A stretch of 64,000 nt of DNA, from NCBI GenBank assembly GCA_049515895.1, contig JBEKTQ010000004.1:1-64000 (forward strand), given 5' to 3'. The position numbers and the translations under genes are program-made. The notes under the pieces were generated by a model, which did no database searches, was not told the DNA's origin, and saw nothing but the letters and a program-made list of their open reading frames with translations. Origin of the DNA: Candidatus Bathyarchaeia archaeon. Its GTDB lineage: Archaea > Thermoproteota > Bathyarchaeia > Bathyarchaeales > Bathycorpusculaceae. This document shows, in pieces, positions 59,629 through 64,000 of this stretch (position 1 is its first letter; each line of letters opens with the position of its first letter).

Positions 59629-60069
59629 TTGGCGCAACCAGATAAATCCGAAGAAGAGCTTCGAAAGCTCAGCGTGGAGTTGCGGTATCTTGAGCAAACA
59701 GCAGATACCCTGCAGCAACGTATCAGCATGGTGAACGCAGCCATTTCAGACTTAACTTACGCAAACATGACTTTGGATGGAATTGAAAAGGAAAAAGAAA
59801 ACTCTGAGCTTCTAGTTCCTATTGGCGGAAGCGCATACGTTAAAGCTAGGCTTGCGGAAACAAACACGGTTATAGTCGGAATGGGCGCAGGCGTTTCCAT
59901 AGAAAAAACGTTAGCTGAAGCAAGAGTAACCCTCAAAGAACGGTTAGACGAATTGGAGAAAACCATGAATTCAGCCCAACAACAGTTTAGTCAGGTGGCT
60001 GAAAGGATGAACACGGGCAGAGGAAGGCTTGAAACTCTGCTTTCATCTGGCAGAGAAGGGAAACCTTGA
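59629..60069 (+). CDS. pfdA: Prefoldin subunit alpha
   Basis: Coiled coils flanking LVPIGG..Y and VIVG.GAGV.IEK. Confidence 0.95.
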   Translation: MAQPDKSEEELRKLSVELRYLEQTADTLQQRISMVNAAISDLTYANMTLDGIEKEKENSELLVPIGGSAYVKARLAETNTVIVGMGAGVSIEKTLAEARVTLKERLDELEKTMNSAQQQFSQVAERMNTGRGRLETLLSSGREGKP

Positions 60070-60073
60070 ACCG

Positions 60074-60979
60074 ATGTTTGAGAAGCTCAAGTCAGGTTTT
60101 AAAGGCTTAATAAGTAAAGTTACTACAGCCGAGTTTAAACCTGAAAATCTTGCTCCTATATTGTCAGATTTCAAAATGAGCCTTGTCCAGAATGATGTTG
60201 CTTTTCCAGTCGCGGACAAAATCAGCGATGACCTGGAAAAGCGCCTTGTAGGAGTCCAGGTTAAGCGGTTGGATGACAAGAAAAAAATCGTTGAGGAAAA
60301 TCTCAGACAGGTTCTTTTGGAAGTTATGTTAACCGACGTTAGAGTTGATTTGCTCAAGTTGGCTGATGAGAAGCGAAAGGAGAAAGAGCCGTTTGTCTTA
60401 ATGTTTGTCGGCATCAACGGCACGGGAAAAACCACGACAGTGGCCAAGGTCGCTCAGTTTTTCAGTGACAAACGCTTTTCAGTTGTGCTCGCTGGCGCAG
60501 ATACTTACCGAGCTGGCTCAATCGAGCAATTGGAAGAGCACGCCAAACGTTTAGGCATGCGCATCATCAAAAGCAATTACGGCGGTGACCCCGCGGCAGT
60601 TGCCTACGACGCCGTTAATCATGCTAAGGCACACGGAATCAATGTTGTTTTGATTGACACAGCAGGTAGAATGCAGACTAACCAGAACCTGATGAATGAG
60701 CTTATCAAAGTGAAGCGTGTTGTAGGTCCAGACTTAACCGTTTTAACGGTGGATTCGCTGATTGGCAACGACGCGGTTATGCAAGCGGAAGAATTCAACA
60801 AGGCTGTCGGCGTAGACGCTACGATTTTGACGAAGGTTGACGCTGACGTGAAGGGTGGCTCTGCGCTCAGTGTAACTTACGTGACTCAGAAGCCAATCCT
60901 CTTTATAGGGGTCGGCCAAAGGTACAAGGATTTGGAACTGTTTAACCCTGAAAAATTCGTCAACATGGTGCTACGTTAA
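60074..60979 (+). CDS. ftsY: Signal recognition particle receptor FtsY
   Basis: GINGTGKTTT, DTYRAG, DPAAVA, DTAGR, TKVD.D.KGG. Confidence 0.97.
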   Translation: MFEKLKSGFKGLISKVTTAEFKPENLAPILSDFKMSLVQNDVAFPVADKISDDLEKRLVGVQVKRLDDKKKIVEENLRQVLLEVMLTDVRVDLLKLADEKRKEKEPFVLMFVGINGTGKTTTVAKVAQFFSDKRFSVVLAGADTYRAGSIEQLEEHAKRLGMRIIKSNYGGDPAAVAYDAVNHAKAHGINVVLIDTAGRMQTNQNLMNELIKVKRVVGPDLTVLTVDSLIGNDAVMQAEEFNKAVGVDATILTKVDADVKGGSALSVTYVTQKPILFIGVGQRYKDLELFNPEKFVNMVLR

Positions 60980-60981
60980 GT

Positions 60982-61341
60982 TTAGGTCTCTTCTAAGTCG
61001 ATCAGTTCAAAACGGATTTTGCTCGGGTAAACCCAGTAGGCTTTGATGAAGTCTTCAATGTTCTGATCGATATCTACCGCTTCAAAGAAATTAACGAATT
61101 CCTCGTCAACGCCTTCAACGTTTTTCGAGGTGTACACTCTCAAGTTAGCCAAGTACTCCTTTTCGAGGCTGAGTTCACCCATTGAAACCATTTCTGGCAC
61201 CTCAACCCCAAACATTAAGTTGGTCAAAACGTCCAAAACAGCAGCTTTGCGTACTTTTTCGCTCTTAGTTTTTACAACAATCAACCGTTTGTCAAAAACT
61301 CTGAAATTCCAGTCACTTTCAACATCCAAAGAAGCCGACAT
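60982..61341 (-). CDS. Hypothetical acidic protein
   Basis: Clean ORF convergent with ftsY; start may instead be GTG 61371. Confidence 0.6.
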   Translation of the reverse strand: MSASLDVESDWNFRVFDKRLIVVKTKSEKVRKAAVLDVLTNLMFGVEVPEMVSMGELSLEKEYLANLRVYTSKNVEGVDEEFVNFFEAVDIDQNIEDFIKAYWVYPSKIRFELIDLEET

Positions 61342-61621
61342 AAAAATCACAGTAAAACTAGACACTTCCACCTTAAAAAACTTAAAGACACCCTCCTATG
61401 GATTTTCTATAGATTATTTGTGAAACTATTAAGAGCCTAAAAAAAGATTGTTTCTTCTGCCAAGAATAGCGCAGAGCTGAATAGGAAATAAAGCTTCAGC
61501 GAATCAACGTTTAACAAGTCTCCATATTTCATCCACAGAGATGGATCCCCTAATCTTGCCCACCACTTGTTGAACGTGATTCGCTGAGCATTCGTTCTTC
61601 TTGGCTAGATAATTTTTTTGC

Positions 61622-61840
61622 TTATTTCTTGTTTTCTGTCTTTTTCCATTTAGCTTGGTCACGTAAGTTTTGTACAGGCGAATCATCCGTGTAGCCTAAG
61701 GTGGCTTGAGTTTTCAGTTTATAGTTTTTCTCAGCTTCTTTGGCTTTGCTCTCTTTATCGCTAAGCTCCAAGCTTCCCTCCAGCTTCCGTATTGTCTTGC
61801 CTATTCTACGTTGACCCTTCGTTACCGTGCATCTACCCAT
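61622..61840 (-). CDS. Small basic hypothetical protein (72 aa)
   Basis: MGRCTVTKGQRRIGKTIRK...KWKKTENKK from ATG 61840; divergent from the SRPBCC gene. Confidence 0.45.
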   Translation of the reverse strand: MGRCTVTKGQRRIGKTIRKLEGSLELSDKESKAKEAEKNYKLKTQATLGYTDDSPVQNLRDQAKWKKTENKK

Positions 61841-61913
61841 TTCTGGTCCCAACTGTAACTGAGCACTAAAGTTAAAAAACCCTTTCACAATAGTTTTGAT
61901 GGTGACGTTATTT

Positions 61914-62327
61914 ATGAAAACAAAAGTCAGAACCATAAAACAAAAAGTTGTAATTCCAGCTTCTCCCAAAGAAGTTTACGACGCCTACGTTGACCCGAAA
62001 AAACACAGCAAATTTACGGGAAGCAAGGCAACAGGCAAAGCAGTGGTCGGCGGCAAATTTACAGCTTGGGATCGATACATTTTTGGGAAATTTCTTGAAC
62101 TTGATGATGGGAAACATGTGGTCCAAGAGTGGACATCGACTGATTTTCCGGAAGGCTATGGTCCTTCAAAGTTAGAGTTATGTTTCAACAAGGTGCCTGA
62201 GGGAACAGAGCTCGTTATGGTGCAGTCAGATGTTCCAGAGGAGATAGCAGACGACGCTGCCGAGGGCTGGACAGAGTGGTATTGGAATCCCCTAAAGGAA
62301 TATTTTAGCGGCAAATCCAAAGCTTAG
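61914..62327 (+). CDS. SRPBCC/AHSA1 (Hsp90 ATPase activator-like) domain protein
   Basis: ASP.EVY.A..D, GG.F..W, Q.W, GT.L...Q, GW...YW..LK.Y. Confidence 0.88.
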   Translation: MKTKVRTIKQKVVIPASPKEVYDAYVDPKKHSKFTGSKATGKAVVGGKFTAWDRYIFGKFLELDDGKHVVQEWTSTDFPEGYGPSKLELCFNKVPEGTELVMVQSDVPEEIADDAAEGWTEWYWNPLKEYFSGKSKA

Positions 62328-62350
62328 TTGAAAAACGCTTGTTTAATGCA

Positions 62351-63604
62351 TTATTGCAGCTCATTCTTTGCTTCATCTCTTTTTTTGGCAACGCCTGACA
62401 GGAAAAAGACTGCAGCCGAAGCCGCAAGTAGCAGCGTTAGGGATGAAAAGAGCCCGCTGTAGCTGAGAATTGACGCTAAGATTACGCCGCTTATTATGGG
62501 TCCAACGGCTTGCCCTATATCCATCATCGTGCTCAAAAAACCCATTGAAGTGCCTACAAGGTTAGCCGGGTTAACCTCAACCATGATTGGTGAGGTTGAC
62601 GAAATTACCATGGCAAAGCCTAAGCCGTAGCCTACGGAGACCAGAATGAATACCCAGTATTGAGTGGTAAATGGAATTATGAATAAAAGCCCTCCGCTCA
62701 AGAGGCAGCCTATGACCACGGGTACGCGTCGGCTGGTTCTATCTGAGAAGCGCCCCATTACCGGTCTAGACACTATCAGAGAGACGATTTGCACAGTCAT
62801 GACGATGCCTATCTCAAACGAGTTAAAACCTGCTACGTGCTGCATATACAGCACTAAATAGAATTCCACGACGCCGTAAACGTAATACTGCACTGACTGA
62901 ACAAACGTAACAATTAACGTGCCCTTATTAGTTGCAACCTCAAGCCAACCCCTTAACAGCTTCCTGGTTGAAAACGGCGCCTTCAGTGTCTCGGCGGGCA
63001 CGGTTTTTGTTTCTCGAAGCAAAAGAAGCGCTATTACAAACGCGATGGCGCCTGAGACGCCAACAGCTATGTATAATATTGCAAAGTTGCTCGGAGTTGT
63101 TAAGCCTTGATTCGTCAAGAGTAAAATGTAGCCGCCCAAAGCTGGTGCAAGTCCTCTTCCCACATAAGTCGCAGCGTTGAAATCGGAAATGCGTTCGCCT
63201 TTTTTTGCGGGAAACTGCTCTGCAATAGTAGCTTCAGCAACAGGGACAAAAATCGCGGTTGCAAAGCCATGGTAAAACCTCACGAGCGCAAGCTGCCACC
63301 AGACCGTAACCAGCAAGTAAAGGAAAGGTGCCGACGCGAAGATGAAGGTTGCAAGTAGGACAAATTTTCTTCTTCCGAAATGATCTGATAATGAAGCTGC
63401 TGGCAGACTAACCAAGATTCCTGGAATGGTGGAGGCGGCTGCAACAAACCCAGTGAGATCAGCAGGTGTGTTGAGTTTTGAGACAAAAAATGGTAGAACT
63501 GGGTCTTTTGACATGGTGGAGCTTAAGATGGCGAAGGCTCCCATGAAGCATAAAATCAAAAAGTATGGGTCTGTGAGGGTTTTTCTAGCCTTCGTCAGCT
63601 GCAT
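62351..63604 (-). CDS. MFS transporter
   Basis: LSDHFGRR, second-half GRFSDRTSRR, ~12 TM. Confidence 0.92.
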   Translation of the reverse strand: MQLTKARKTLTDPYFLILCFMGAFAILSSTMSKDPVLPFFVSKLNTPADLTGFVAAASTIPGILVSLPAASLSDHFGRRKFVLLATFIFASAPFLYLLVTVWWQLALVRFYHGFATAIFVPVAEATIAEQFPAKKGERISDFNAATYVGRGLAPALGGYILLLTNQGLTTPSNFAILYIAVGVSGAIAFVIALLLLRETKTVPAETLKAPFSTRKLLRGWLEVATNKGTLIVTFVQSVQYYVYGVVEFYLVLYMQHVAGFNSFEIGIVMTVQIVSLIVSRPVMGRFSDRTSRRVPVVIGCLLSGGLLFIIPFTTQYWVFILVSVGYGLGFAMVISSTSPIMVEVNPANLVGTSMGFLSTMMDIGQAVGPIISGVILASILSYSGLFSSLTLLLAASAAVFFLSGVAKKRDEAKNELQ

Positions 63605-63712
63605 GAGCAATCAACAGATTACAGTTTGAGTAACTGGTATTTTGATTTTTCTTTCAAATGCGCAAAGTTGATATACGTTTTTTAGCGCATAGACGCTTAA
63701 CGGAGACGAGGC

Positions 63713-64000
63713 ATGACTTTAGCATTATTCTTGGTTAATAGTTACCTCAAAGAATCCGATGCCCAAGTAGTTGCAGTTAACGAGGGAAAATTCGTTGTTT
63801 TGGACCAAACAATCTTTTACGCTAAAGGCGGAGGACAACCAAACGATACAGGCAAAATAATCAAAGGCTCCGAAGTCTATGACGTGGTTTATGTGGGCAA
63901 GTTTTCGGGTGAAATTTCCCATGAAGTTGACCGCGTCGGGCTTCAAGTGGGCGATAAGGTTCATTTAGTACTGGATTGGGAGCGGAGGTACAAGCTTATG
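63713..64000 (+). CDS. alaX: Alanyl-tRNA editing protein AlaX (partial, runs off window; absent from the ORF track)
   Basis: MTLALFLVNSYLKESDAQVV...VLDQTIFYAKGGGQPNDTG...DWERRYKLM. Confidence 0.9.
   Translation, partial: MTLALFLVNSYLKESDAQVVAVNEGKFVVLDQTIFYAKGGGQPNDTGKIIKGSEVYDVVYVGKFSGEISHEVDRVGLQVGDKVHLVLDWERRYKLM

Noticed and set aside
1-64000. CRISPR arrays, tRNA/rRNA genes, transposases, and the many short antisense ORFs in the track
   Set aside because: No spaced repeats, cloverleaf motifs or transposase motifs were seen by eye (tRNAscan/Infernal would be decisive); the short ORFs are shadows of confidently assigned genes.

Overview
Archaeal chromosomal segment. Spt5, SecE, rpl11-rpl1-rpl10, aIF6-rpl18a-prefoldin-FtsY, DtdA and TATA/BRE promoters identify it as archaeal; gene content and style suggest a TACK lineage such as Bathyarchaeia, which is inference. 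Housekeeping genes (cmk, lig, ilvC, argF, rpo5, alaX) are interleaved with accessory genes: a xanthine-oxidase-family molybdoenzyme operon with XdhC/MocA, a ModE-controlled tungstate ABC transporter, MgtA, Hcp, glycosyltransferases, an Hhe-like DUF4011 helicase-nuclease, and an AT-rich patch with a DUF4209/HEPN gene. No tRNA, rRNA, CRISPR array or transposase was recognised by eye. The two most striking observations are (1) an ATG-free, highly structured, apparently promoter-driven ~230-nt RNA on the minus strand between lig and moeB, and (2) a stand-alone Rpo5 with a eukaryote-like RPB5 N-terminal domain. Also notable are a near-perfect ModE-type operator, an in-frame amber codon in arsB, and extra domains on the DUF106 insertase and MgtA. 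All family assignments are from recognised motifs; no database searches were run.
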